Shown here: one piece after another, positions 1 through 8,855 of the stretch
Layout: each line of letters starts with the position of its first letter
Numbering within the stretch: position 1 is the stretch's first letter
Origin: Clostridia bacterium
Lineage (GTDB): Bacteria; Bacillota; Clostridia; Christensenellales; CAG-138
DNA length: 64,000 bases
NCBI GenBank assembly: GCA_017429985.1
Contig: JAFRNW010000004.1
Location: forward strand, 1,390 to 65,389
Direction: 5' to 3'
The notes under the pieces: model-generated
Database searches by the model: none
Seen by the model: the letters and a program-made list of their open reading frames with translations, nothing else
Told to the model about the DNA's origin: nothing
Program-made: the position numbers and the translations under genes

Positions 1-201
1 TACAGAAAGAGAGTGTGCTAAAATACCTTTTATACTGTAGTATTTTGGGTATATGTGTCGATTTGCTGCCCTGCCACTACCTTTCGTCATCCAATCTGAA
101 GTCGACAGGCAGTTGCGAGATAGATTTGACAAGATGCTGCGCACTGTTTGCGTTATGCAAAGCGCCGGCTGCGCAATTGACAATATGACCGGGATTGCAT
201 C

Positions 202-759
202 ATGGCAGGAGAGAAGAAAAAACGCCGGAGCAGACGCGCCTATTTAAATGATTTTCATCTGAACGAAAAGGGTGATTACGTCTACGAAGGCAGGATGATC
301 GGATTTGTCGAAGAGTCCGTTACGTATCATCAGTATCTTCAGCGGATCATTCCGGCGGCGGTTCTGATGCTTGCTCTTTCGGTGGCTGCGGAGTGCCTTC
401 CCGCTGTCGCCATGAGCCGGTTCGGACTTACGGCGATCCCGTGGCTCGGACAGATCATCACCGCCTGTCTTGCGGCCTATGCGGTCTGGAAGATCTCTTG
501 GGGAAAGAACCCGATGCGCGAATACGTTTACAAGGCATCGGTTGAGAAGCTCCCCATGAGAACGCTCCTGACGGCAGGCTTTTCCTTCCTGACTGCGCTG
601 GCGGAGACGATTTATATCCTCGTCAACGGATGTGACGGGGAAGCGGCTTTTACCGTACTTCGGCCGATACTTTCGATGCTTTGCGGTATGATTGCTATCT
701 GTCTTTACCGCTTTGTAAAGAACACCGAGTGGAAGCAAATCACAAACATGGAGTGCTGA
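202..759 (+). CDS. hypothetical polytopic membrane protein
   Basis: 185-aa ORF with a basic N-terminus (KKKRRSRR) followed by about 4 hydrophobic helices. No family motif recognised. Confidence 0.55.
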   Translation: MAGEKKKRRSRRAYLNDFHLNEKGDYVYEGRMIGFVEESVTYHQYLQRIIPAAVLMLALSVAAECLPAVAMSRFGLTAIPWLGQIITACLAAYAVWKISWGKNPMREYVYKASVEKLPMRTLLTAGFSFLTALAETIYILVNGCDGEAAFTVLRPILSMLCGMIAICLYRFVKNTEWKQITNMEC

Positions 760-845
760 TACTCACCCTGTGATAACTCCGGAGACAAACTCCGAAGCTA
801 TAATCAAAAAAACGAGGCTATTATCACTAATAAGGAGGAAATTAC

Positions 846-3200
846 ATGAACAAATTGTCCAAGCTCGTGGCTCTTCTTCTCGTTCTTGCTATGGCTGCGT
901 CTGTACTGGCAGGCTGCACCGTCAGCAACAGCGGAGGAGAGACCGCAACCACAACAACAACTGCAAGTGAACCTGCAGCAGCTCCTGCCGAGGCACCCGC
1001 GCAGCAGGAAGAACCCAGCAAAGAAACGAAGAACGACACAACGCCTCTGGTAGTTGGTTATTCTCCGTTCTCCGAGAAGTTCTCCCCGTTCTTCTCCGAG
1101 ACTGCTTATGACCAGGATGTCTGGACTATGACTCAGATCAACCTGCTTCCCACTGACCGTCAGGGCGCTGTGATCCTGAAAGGTATCGAGGGCGAGACCA
1201 TCAACTACAATGGTACCGATTATACCTACTACGGACCGGCAGACCTTACGATCACCGAGAATGCGGACGGCACCGTGTATTATGACTTCGTCATGCGTGA
1301 CGACCTGGTATTCTCCGACGGGACACCGGTCACCATCGATGACGTCATCTTTTCGATGTACGCTCTTTGCGATCCTTCCTATGACGGCTCCTCGACTCTG
1401 TTTGCGCAGCCGATCGAGGGCTTGGACGCATACCGTTCCGACATGAAGAGCCTTTCTTCTCTCCTGGTTGGCGCTGGAAAAGCAAATACAGATTTTACGC
1501 TGTGGGATGAAGCGACTCAGACCAAGTTCTGGGCAGAAGCGGATGAGGCTGTTAAGGCCTTGGCTCAGGATATCGTCGATTACTGCGTAGGCAATGGTTA
1601 CAACACAGACGGCGACATCCAGGGATCTGCTGCTAACTGGGGTTTCACCATTGCTGACAATACTATTGATGCGTTTGCAGCGTCTCTGTGGGAAGCTTAT
1701 GGTGACGATGTTGTGACGATGATCGACACAGAGAAAGCCAATCTCACCATGTCCGACTATTTCCCGACATTCAGCGACTATTCTTACACCATGGTTACCG
1801 TTTCTGATGCAGTTCCGAACATCACCGGTATCCAGAAGACAGGCGACTACTCCATGAGAGTCGTGCTGACCAAGATCGACGCTACTGCGATCTATCAGCT
1901 CGGCATTACGATCGCTCCGCTGCACTACTACGGCGAGACCGAGAAGTACGACTACGACAACAACAAGTTCGGCTTTGACAAGGGCGATCTCTCCCACTTG
2001 CGTTCCGTTACGACCAAGCCCATGGGCGCTGGTCCCTACAAGTTCATCCAGTTCGCGGACGGCGTTGTGAACTTCGAAGCGAACGAGAACTACTATCTTG
2101 GTGCACCGAAGATCAAGTACGTCAACTTCATGCAGCTTCTGAACGACAACGACAAGGTTCAGGGCGTTATCACAGGTACGGTCGATGTTACGGATCCTTC
2201 CTACAACGACGCGGCGGTTGCCACTATTGCCGATGCGAACGGCGGTGAGCAGGTTGGCCCGGTGATCACGACCAATACCGTTGACAACCTCGGCTATGGC
2301 TACATCGGCCAGAACGCGAACCAGATGAAGGTCGGCAACGATCCCGCTTCCGACGCCTCCAAGGCGCTCCGTAAGGCGACCGGAACGATCCTTGCGGTAT
2401 ATCGCGACGTTGCAAACGATTCCTACTACGGCGATCGCGCATCTACGATCCAGTACCCGATTTCCAATACATCCTGGGCTGCTCCCCAGCCTTCTGACGA
2501 CGGCTACAAGATTGCATTCTCCACCGATGTAAACGGAAACGACATCTACACTTCCGATATGTCCGCTGAGCAGAAATACGAGGCGGCCAAGCAGGCTGCG
2601 CTCGGATTCTTCGAGGCTGCCGGTTATACCGTTACTGACGGCAAGGTCGTTGCTGCTCCTGCAGACGGCGGCCCGATGGAGTTCGAAGCTTGGATCCCCG
2701 CTGACGGCACCGGTGACCATCCTGCATTCATGATTCTGACCGAGGCGCAGAAGGCGTTTGAGGATATCGGTCTTACCTTCAAGATCAAAGACCTGACCAA
2801 CTCTGCTGACCTGTGGACCGCTCTTTCCGCACAGTCCGTACAGATTTGGACCGCTGCTTGGGGCGCAACCCCGGATCCTGACATGTATCAGATCTACTTC
2901 TCCGGTGATGAAGAAGGCAATGCTGCGGGCGGTTCCAACTACATGTACGCGATCAATGATCCTCAGCTCAACAGCCTGATTCTTGCAGCCCGTGCATCCA
3001 CTGACCAGGCATATCGTAAACAGGTCTACAAGGCCTGCCTCGATATCATCGTTGACTGGGCAGTTGAGATCCCGAACTATCAGCGTCAGAACGCCATCAT
3101 CTTCAGCACGGAGAGAGTCAACATTGATACCGTTACGCCGGATATCACGACCTTCTACGGCTGGATGAGCGAGATCCAGAACATGGAACTGGCCGGCTGA
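846..3200 (+). CDS. ABC transporter substrate-binding lipoprotein, family 5 (peptide/nickel/oligosaccharide type), unusually long (784 aa)
   Basis: Signal peptide plus lipobox LAGC, a Thr/Ala/Pro/Glu-rich linker, then family-5 SBP-like sequence. AAGGAGG RBS lies just upstream. First gene of a 5-gene ABC operon. Confidence 0.9.
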   Translation: MNKLSKLVALLLVLAMAASVLAGCTVSNSGGETATTTTTASEPAAAPAEAPAQQEEPSKETKNDTTPLVVGYSPFSEKFSPFFSETAYDQDVWTMTQINLLPTDRQGAVILKGIEGETINYNGTDYTYYGPADLTITENADGTVYYDFVMRDDLVFSDGTPVTIDDVIFSMYALCDPSYDGSSTLFAQPIEGLDAYRSDMKSLSSLLVGAGKANTDFTLWDEATQTKFWAEADEAVKALAQDIVDYCVGNGYNTDGDIQGSAANWGFTIADNTIDAFAASLWEAYGDDVVTMIDTEKANLTMSDYFPTFSDYSYTMVTVSDAVPNITGIQKTGDYSMRVVLTKIDATAIYQLGITIAPLHYYGETEKYDYDNNKFGFDKGDLSHLRSVTTKPMGAGPYKFIQFADGVVNFEANENYYLGAPKIKYVNFMQLLNDNDKVQGVITGTVDVTDPSYNDAAVATIADANGGEQVGPVITTNTVDNLGYGYIGQNANQMKVGNDPASDASKALRKATGTILAVYRDVANDSYYGDRASTIQYPISNTSWAAPQPSDDGYKIAFSTDVNGNDIYTSDMSAEQKYEAAKQAALGFFEAAGYTVTDGKVVAAPADGGPMEFEAWIPADGTGDHPAFMILTEAQKAFEDIGLTFKIKDLTNSADLWTALSAQSVQIWTAAWGATPDPDMYQIYFSGDEEGNAAGGSNYMYAINDPQLNSLILAARASTDQAYRKQVYKACLDIIVDWAVEIPNYQRQNAIIFSTERVNIDTVTPDITTFYGWMSEIQNMELAG

Positions 3201-3262
3201 CCCATATCCCTGTACAAGAAAACCAAAGGATTGAATTCCTGATCCAGGAATACATCTGAATT

Positions 3263-3297
3263 GTATCTGCCTCGTGCTGATGGCACGGGGCAGATAC
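3263..3297 (+). promoter_or_regulatory. 15-bp stem-loop between the SBP and permease genes (possible mRNA stabiliser or partial terminator)
   Basis: GTATCTGCCTCGTGC-TGATG-GCACGGGGCAGATAC with one G-U pair and no U-tract. Confidence 0.5.
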
Positions 3298-3432
3298 GCC
3301 TATGTAAAAATCCGTGACTGAATACTGAAAAACGCCCCGTTTTTTCGATGAAATGGCAGCCGGGTCTTTATCCCGCAGCCGCCATCTGATCAAAAAAACG
3401 GACAAATCCTGAGGCGGAGCGGAGGAGGATAA

Positions 3433-4425
3433 GTGAACACACTAAGATTTGTTGCGAAACGAATTCTGCTATCGGTGGTCATATTGTTTTTTGTGGCCCT
3501 GATCATTTACACCATCATGCGCTGCCTTCCGACTTCGTATATTGAGAATGTGGCACGCGCGAAAGCGACGCAGCCAAATTCAAAATCATACGAGGAATGG
3601 ATGGCACAGCTGTCGGCAACTTACGGTATGGATAAGGGAATCATCGCCGGTTTCTTTATCTGGCTTGGCCAGGCGATCCGAGGTAATTTCGGAGACAGCT
3701 GGCAGTACACCGTACCGGTCATTCAGAAATTCAAGGAATGCATCGGAATCTCCTTCTGGATGAGCGCGATCTCCATGATTTTTGAATGGCTGATCGCCAT
3801 CCCGCTGGGAATCATCGCAGCGAAAAAACAGTATTCACGAACGGATTATGCCATTTCTATCGTTGCGATTGCCTGTATGTCATTGCCGACATTTTTCCTG
3901 ATAGCGCTTCTGAAACTGGTATTCTGCATCAAACTGCCGTGGTTTGACCTGATCGGCGTTGTCGGACGGAATTATGCACAGCTGGATGCCTGGGGCAGGT
4001 TCCTGGACCGCGCGCACCATCTGGTCCTTCCGATCGTGACGCTTGTGCTGATCAGCATCGGTTCCCTGATGCGTTATGTCAGGACGAACATGCTCGAGGT
4101 TCTGAACGCGGACTATATCCGCACCGCGCGGGCGAAAGGCCTCTCGGAGCGGAAAGTTATCAACAAGCATGCGTTCCGGAATACCCTGATCCCGCTGGTC
4201 ACATTCCTCGGAGGATCCCTTCCCGGCCTGTTCGGTGGTGCGTTGTTTACCGAGACGATGTATTCGATTCCCGGCATCGGCTATTATTCCTATCACGCCA
4301 TGTACGCCGGGGATATTCCGTTTTCCATGTTCTATATGACGTTTACCGCGCTGCTTGCCCTGATGGGGAATCTGCTGGCAGACGTTCTGTACGCCGTTGT
4401 TGACCCGCGCGTACGGGTATCCTAA
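3433..4425 (+). CDS. ABC transporter permease (OppB/DppB-like)
   Basis: GTG start after GGAGGAGGA. 330 aa, 6 TM, with the conserved cytoplasmic loop YIRTARAKGLSERKVINKHAFRN. Confidence 0.9.
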   Translation: MNTLRFVAKRILLSVVILFFVALIIYTIMRCLPTSYIENVARAKATQPNSKSYEEWMAQLSATYGMDKGIIAGFFIWLGQAIRGNFGDSWQYTVPVIQKFKECIGISFWMSAISMIFEWLIAIPLGIIAAKKQYSRTDYAISIVAIACMSLPTFFLIALLKLVFCIKLPWFDLIGVVGRNYAQLDAWGRFLDRAHHLVLPIVTLVLISIGSLMRYVRTNMLEVLNADYIRTARAKGLSERKVINKHAFRNTLIPLVTFLGGSLPGLFGGALFTETMYSIPGIGYYSYHAMYAGDIPFSMFYMTFTALLALMGNLLADVLYAVVDPRVRVS

Positions 4426-4443
4426 GGAAAGGAGGCAAATAAG

Positions 4444-6015
4444 ATGGCAGAAGATAAAAACCTGCATAATGTCGAAGATGTGAATCCCGACAAAGAAAAT
4501 GTCTCCGCACAGGAAGAGTATTCGTTAAACGACGACCGCCGCGTCAAGGTCTTATCCCCGGGCGCGATGGTTGCCAAGAGGTTTTTCCGTAACCGGACGG
4601 CGGTTTTCGGCATGGCAGTCCTGATCATTATGTTCATTTTCTCCTTTATCGGAGGACTGATCACACCGTACGGCGAGTCAGAGCTGTTCTACCGCGTTGA
4701 TTATCAGCAGAAGGAATATGCGAGCGCGATCGAAAACAAGGAGTATCGCTACAAGGGAACGGCCGACTTCTCCGCAATCGTCCAGGCACAGATGCTGCTG
4801 GCGATCAACAGCCATAAGGACAGCTTCACGTGGGATAAGATAAACTATTACGTTGCGCAGGAGGCGGACAATCTTTACCGCTGTTCCAACGAGGCGGGAG
4901 AACTGATCGGTATTGCCTATAAGGCGATCTTTAACCCCGCAAAGCAGGGAACCAGCCTGGAACTGGACGCCCTGCTGGAGACGCAGAAAGCGTACGCAAA
5001 CGGCGGCGGCACCTATACCGTCGGAGGCGAGACCTACGTAATGGATGCCGAGGGCAATATCACGAAGGACGGCGAGGACTTTGGATACATCAGCGTCTAC
5101 AACATTCAGGCGCTGATGAGCGATGTTTTTCTCTCCAGAGAGTTCAAAGAGCAGGTGATCGCAGAGATCGAGGCGGGCGTTGACGATTTCGTGTTTACCG
5201 ATGTTGACGGAGTGGAACATGAGTACAAGCTCGCGTTTGTTCCGGCCAACAACAGGTATACGATCACACAGGCGACAGAAACCCGTGTCTACGACCGCTA
5301 TTCCGCACCCTCCAAGGAACATCCGTTCGGCACCGACAAAAACGGAATGGACGTTATGACCCGTCTGATGTACGGCGGCCGCGTTTCGCTGGTCATCGGC
5401 TTTGTGGTTGAGTTCATCGCAACCGCGATCGCGCTCATTCTGGGCGGCATCGCCGGTTATTTCGGCGGATGGGTCGACAACCTGATCATGCGTATCGTCG
5501 ATATATTCTACTGCATTCCCTCCATGCCGATCCTGATCATCATCGGCGCCGCGATGGATAACGCTTCGGTACCTCCGAAAACCAGAATGATCTATCTGAT
5601 GTTGATCCTCGGCGTTCTCGGATGGCCGGGACTTGCCCGACTGATCCGCGGACAGATCCTTTCCCTCCGTGAGCAGGAGTTCATGACGGCGACCGAAGCG
5701 ACCGGCCTTTCCTACAGGAGAAGGATTTTCCAGCACCTGATTCCGAATGTCGTTCCCCAGACGATCGTCTCCGTAACAATGGGTCTGGGCGGCACGATCC
5801 TGACCGAATCGTCGCTGTCCTTCCTGGGACTCGGCGTCCGTTTCCCGTTTGCCTCCTGGGGAAACATCATCAACGACGTTAACGACACGTATGTTCTTCA
5901 GCATTATCTGTTTATCTGGATCCCTGCTGGCGTACTGCTTCTTGCAACGGTTCTGGCGTTCAACCTCGTCGGCGACGGCCTGCGGGATGCCTTTGACCCG
6001 AAGATGAAGAGATAA
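4444..6015 (+). CDS. ABC transporter permease (OppC/DppC-like) with a large extracytoplasmic insert
   Basis: 523 aa. One N-terminal TM, a roughly 230-aa hydrophilic insert, then the permease core with EFMTATEATGLSYRRRIFQHLIPN. Confidence 0.9.
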   Translation: MAEDKNLHNVEDVNPDKENVSAQEEYSLNDDRRVKVLSPGAMVAKRFFRNRTAVFGMAVLIIMFIFSFIGGLITPYGESELFYRVDYQQKEYASAIENKEYRYKGTADFSAIVQAQMLLAINSHKDSFTWDKINYYVAQEADNLYRCSNEAGELIGIAYKAIFNPAKQGTSLELDALLETQKAYANGGGTYTVGGETYVMDAEGNITKDGEDFGYISVYNIQALMSDVFLSREFKEQVIAEIEAGVDDFVFTDVDGVEHEYKLAFVPANNRYTITQATETRVYDRYSAPSKEHPFGTDKNGMDVMTRLMYGGRVSLVIGFVVEFIATAIALILGGIAGYFGGWVDNLIMRIVDIFYCIPSMPILIIIGAAMDNASVPPKTRMIYLMLILGVLGWPGLARLIRGQILSLREQEFMTATEATGLSYRRRIFQHLIPNVVPQTIVSVTMGLGGTILTESSLSFLGLGVRFPFASWGNIINDVNDTYVLQHYLFIWIPAGVLLLATVLAFNLVGDGLRDAFDPKMKR

Positions 6016-6028
6016 GGAGGGAACGGAA

Positions 6029-7183
6029 ATGGCAAAGAAAAAAGACGGTTATCTCTCCGCAAGAGAATCAAGACGGATTTCCCGCGGGAACCGAAAGATC
6101 ACCAATGAACTGGAGAAAAAATACAAGAGAAAGAATGTACCGGAATCCGAGTATACAACACAAATGCATGATCCGGGAAACGTTCTTGAGATCGAGAACC
6201 TGCATACGTATTTCTTCACCGACGTAGGCACCGTTAAGTCCGTTGACGGCATTACCTTCAACGTACCGATTGGAAAAACCATTGGCGTCGTGGGCGAATC
6301 CGGCTGCGGGAAGTCCGTTACCAGCCTTTCCATCATGCAGCTTCTGCAGAGACCGCAGGGTCAGATCGTGGAAGGTGAGATACGCTTTAATCTTGGCGGA
6401 AAGGCATATGATATCGCGCAGACGCCGATCGAGACCATGCAGAAACTGCGCGGCAACTACATTTCCATGATTTTTCAGGAACCGATGACTTCTCTGAATC
6501 CTGTCTTCAAGATCGGAGACCAGCTCCGGGAAGTCCTGATCCTGCACAATGACGACAACCGCACAATGGACGAGGTTAACGCGCGCGTGATCGACCTGCT
6601 GGAGATGGTAGGCATTGCGAACAGCGAGGGTGTAGCGAAGATGTACCCGCATGAACTTTCCGGCGGCATGAGACAGCGTGTCATGATCGCCATGGCGCTT
6701 GCCTGCTATCCGAAACTGATCATTGCCGATGAGCCTACGACCGCTCTGGACGTTACCATTCAGGCACAGATCCTGGATCTGCTGCGGAACCTGAAGGACA
6801 GAATCAACTCGTCCATCATGCTGATCACGCACGACCTCGGCGTTATCGCGGAGATGGCCGATTATGTCGTGGTCATGTACTCCGGCAGAATCGTGGAAAA
6901 AGGAACGGCGGAAGATATCTTTGCGCATCCTGCGCATCCTTATACGATCGGACTGATGGCGTCCAAGCCTGTGGTAGGCAAGAAGGTTGACAAGCTGTAT
7001 TCGATTCCCGGCAAGGTACCGAACCCGGTCAATATGCCAAACTACTGCTACTTCCGCGACCGCTGCGAGAAACGCCTGCCCTGCTGTGACGGTGCGTATC
7101 CGTGCGAGATCAGCCTGTCCGAGACCCATAAGGTGAGCTGTTACCGTTACTACGAGAACAAGGAGGAGAATATCGATGAGTGA
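6029..7183 (+). CDS. ABC transporter ATP-binding protein (OppD-like)
   Basis: Walker A GESGCGKS, signature LSGGMRQR, Walker B LIIADEPTTALD, and a C-terminal Cys-containing oligopeptide-transporter tail. Basic N-terminal extension of about 50 aa. Confidence 0.9.
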   Translation: MAKKKDGYLSARESRRISRGNRKITNELEKKYKRKNVPESEYTTQMHDPGNVLEIENLHTYFFTDVGTVKSVDGITFNVPIGKTIGVVGESGCGKSVTSLSIMQLLQRPQGQIVEGEIRFNLGGKAYDIAQTPIETMQKLRGNYISMIFQEPMTSLNPVFKIGDQLREVLILHNDDNRTMDEVNARVIDLLEMVGIANSEGVAKMYPHELSGGMRQRVMIAMALACYPKLIIADEPTTALDVTIQAQILDLLRNLKDRINSSIMLITHDLGVIAEMADYVVVMYSGRIVEKGTAEDIFAHPAHPYTIGLMASKPVVGKKVDKLYSIPGKVPNPVNMPNYCYFRDRCEKRLPCCDGAYPCEISLSETHKVSCYRYYENKEENIDE

Positions 7184-8222
7184 ATTAAACGAGAGACTCA
7201 AAATAGACAACACCTTTGTTCCCGTAGAGCCGGATGACCAGTATCTTCTTCAGGTCAACGCCTTAAAGAAGTATTTCCCGGTCAAAGGGGGATTTGTTTC
7301 CCATACCGTTGGCTACGTGAAAGCAGTCGACGGGATCACGTTTAACCTTCGCCGCGGCGCCTGTATGGGTCTGGTCGGCGAATCCGGCTGCGGAAAAACA
7401 ACCGCCGGCCGCACCATCCTCCGCCTGTCTGGCGAGAAAACCGGAGGGCAGGTCCTGTTTAAGGGCCGGGAGGTTTATGATCTTAACCCGAAGGAAATGA
7501 GAGAGCTGCGCCCGAAGATGCAGATCATCTTCCAGGATCCGTTCTCCTCCCTGTCTCCGCGTATGCCGGTCAGTGAAATCATCGGCGAGGCGGTGCGGGA
7601 GCATGGTCTCGTTCCGAAGGAAGAGTTTGACGATTACATTGACAGGATCATGGATGAGTGCGGTCTGCAGCCGTTCCATAAGGACCGCTATCCGCATGAG
7701 TTTTCCGGCGGTCAGAGACAGCGTATCTGCATCGCGCGTGCGCTCGCCCTGAATCCGGAATTCATCGTCTGCGACGAGCCTGTTTCCGCGCTGGATGTTT
7801 CGATCCAGGCGCAGATCATCAACCTGTTGAAGGAACTGCAGAACGAGCATCATCTGACGTACCTGTTCATTTCGCACGATCTTTCCGTCGTTGAGCATAT
7901 TTCGGAGACCGTCGGCGTTATGTATCTGGGCAATCTGGTAGAGTACGGCGATACGGCAGATATCTTCGACAACCCGCTTCATCCGTATACCCAGGCGCTG
8001 TTCTCCGCGATTCCGGTCCCGGATCCGACGATCAAGATGAACCGTATCGTCCTGGAAGGATCCATTCCTTCCCCGGTCAATCCGCCCAAGGGGTGCAAAT
8101 TCCACACCCGCTGCAGAAACTGTATGGAATGCTGCAAGGAAACGGCGCCGGAGCAGAAAGAGATCGAACCGGGACACTTCGTATCCTGTCATCTCTATGA
8201 CGATGTGAAGAGCTTATCATAA
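7176..8222 (+). CDS. ABC transporter ATP-binding protein (OppF-like)
   Basis: Walker A GESGCGKT, FSGGQRQR, FIVCDEPVSALD. Overlaps the upstream ATPase gene by 8 nt. Confidence 0.9.
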   Translation: MSELNERLKIDNTFVPVEPDDQYLLQVNALKKYFPVKGGFVSHTVGYVKAVDGITFNLRRGACMGLVGESGCGKTTAGRTILRLSGEKTGGQVLFKGREVYDLNPKEMRELRPKMQIIFQDPFSSLSPRMPVSEIIGEAVREHGLVPKEEFDDYIDRIMDECGLQPFHKDRYPHEFSGGQRQRICIARALALNPEFIVCDEPVSALDVSIQAQIINLLKELQNEHHLTYLFISHDLSVVEHISETVGVMYLGNLVEYGDTADIFDNPLHPYTQALFSAIPVPDPTIKMNRIVLEGSIPSPVNPPKGCKFHTRCRNCMECCKETAPEQKEIEPGHFVSCHLYDDVKSLS

Positions 8223-8281
8223 AAAATGAGTCATAGTAGTGAAGCAGCGTTCGACATGCTGCTTCACTTGCTATTGGGAGC

Positions 8282-8668
8282 ATGCTGATGACAAAGGACG
8301 GGAAAAGACCAGACTGGCTGTCAGATGATGACGACGGAAGAACGATTGCCGACATGAGCGGGGTCCGCCGGAGGAATCTGTGGATACCCCACAGATTTCA
8401 CGACGATGCGCCGCCCTCCCGTGACGAGGAGGCTTCTGACGATGCCCCGGAACCGGAGCATAAGCGAAATCGTGTTGTGGAAGAAAACGGTCAGATCATG
8501 GACGAAGCGGAAGCAAAAAACTTCCGTCCCTGGGAGGAAAGGAAGCTGAACAGGGAGGAGACACGTTCCTACATCTTCGGGGCAACAGCGGCCGGACTGC
8601 TTTTGGTCGGGATCTTTATTGCGGCAGGCTGGCTTCTGATCCATCTGCTGATCTGGATGTGGTCCTGA
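8282..8668 (+). CDS. hypothetical tail-anchored membrane protein
   Basis: 128 aa with an acidic, disordered-looking N-terminal part and a single C-terminal TM (AAGLLLVGIFIAAGWLLIHLLIW). Confidence 0.45.
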   Translation: MLMTKDGKRPDWLSDDDDGRTIADMSGVRRRNLWIPHRFHDDAPPSRDEEASDDAPEPEHKRNRVVEENGQIMDEAEAKNFRPWEERKLNREETRSYIFGATAAGLLLVGIFIAAGWLLIHLLIWMWS

Positions 8669-8736
8669 TCATGAACATGTAAAAGGGAGACGGTTCGATC
8701 AGAACGGAGCCGGTCCGAACGAGGCAATGATCATAA

Positions 8737-8759
8737 GCTCTGCCATGCTGCGGCAGGGC
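8737..8759 (+). terminator. candidate terminator after 8282-8668
   Basis: 8-bp stem GCTCTGCC/GGCAGGGC with a 7-nt loop, followed by the T/A-rich TATTATTAT. Confidence 0.4.
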
Positions 8760-8855
8760 TATTATTATGATCCGGAACGGAATGTACTGCCGGTTATAGC
8801 CCGGGCTTTTCCGAAATGGAAAAGCAGGGATCAACATGACAGGCAGGGATGCTTC

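Noticed and set aside
804-2720. Long antisense ORFs in the track (for example 804-2720 minus, 22088-23749 minus, 28249-29406 plus, 29458-30648 plus, 30648-32357 plus, 35111-36421 plus, 38029-39390 plus, 39844-40914 plus, 45559-46797 minus, 52239-53609 minus, 60828-62441 minus)
   Set aside because: Each lies opposite a gene with clear family motifs. Their translations are Arg/Gly/Pro/His-rich low-complexity strings without motifs or RBS. They are typical shadow ORFs of high-GC coding DNA.
8806-8824. CTTTTCC-GAAAT-GGAAAAG hairpin as the feoB terminator
   Set aside because: It is a short AT-rich stem without a U-tract in either orientation, which is too weak to call.
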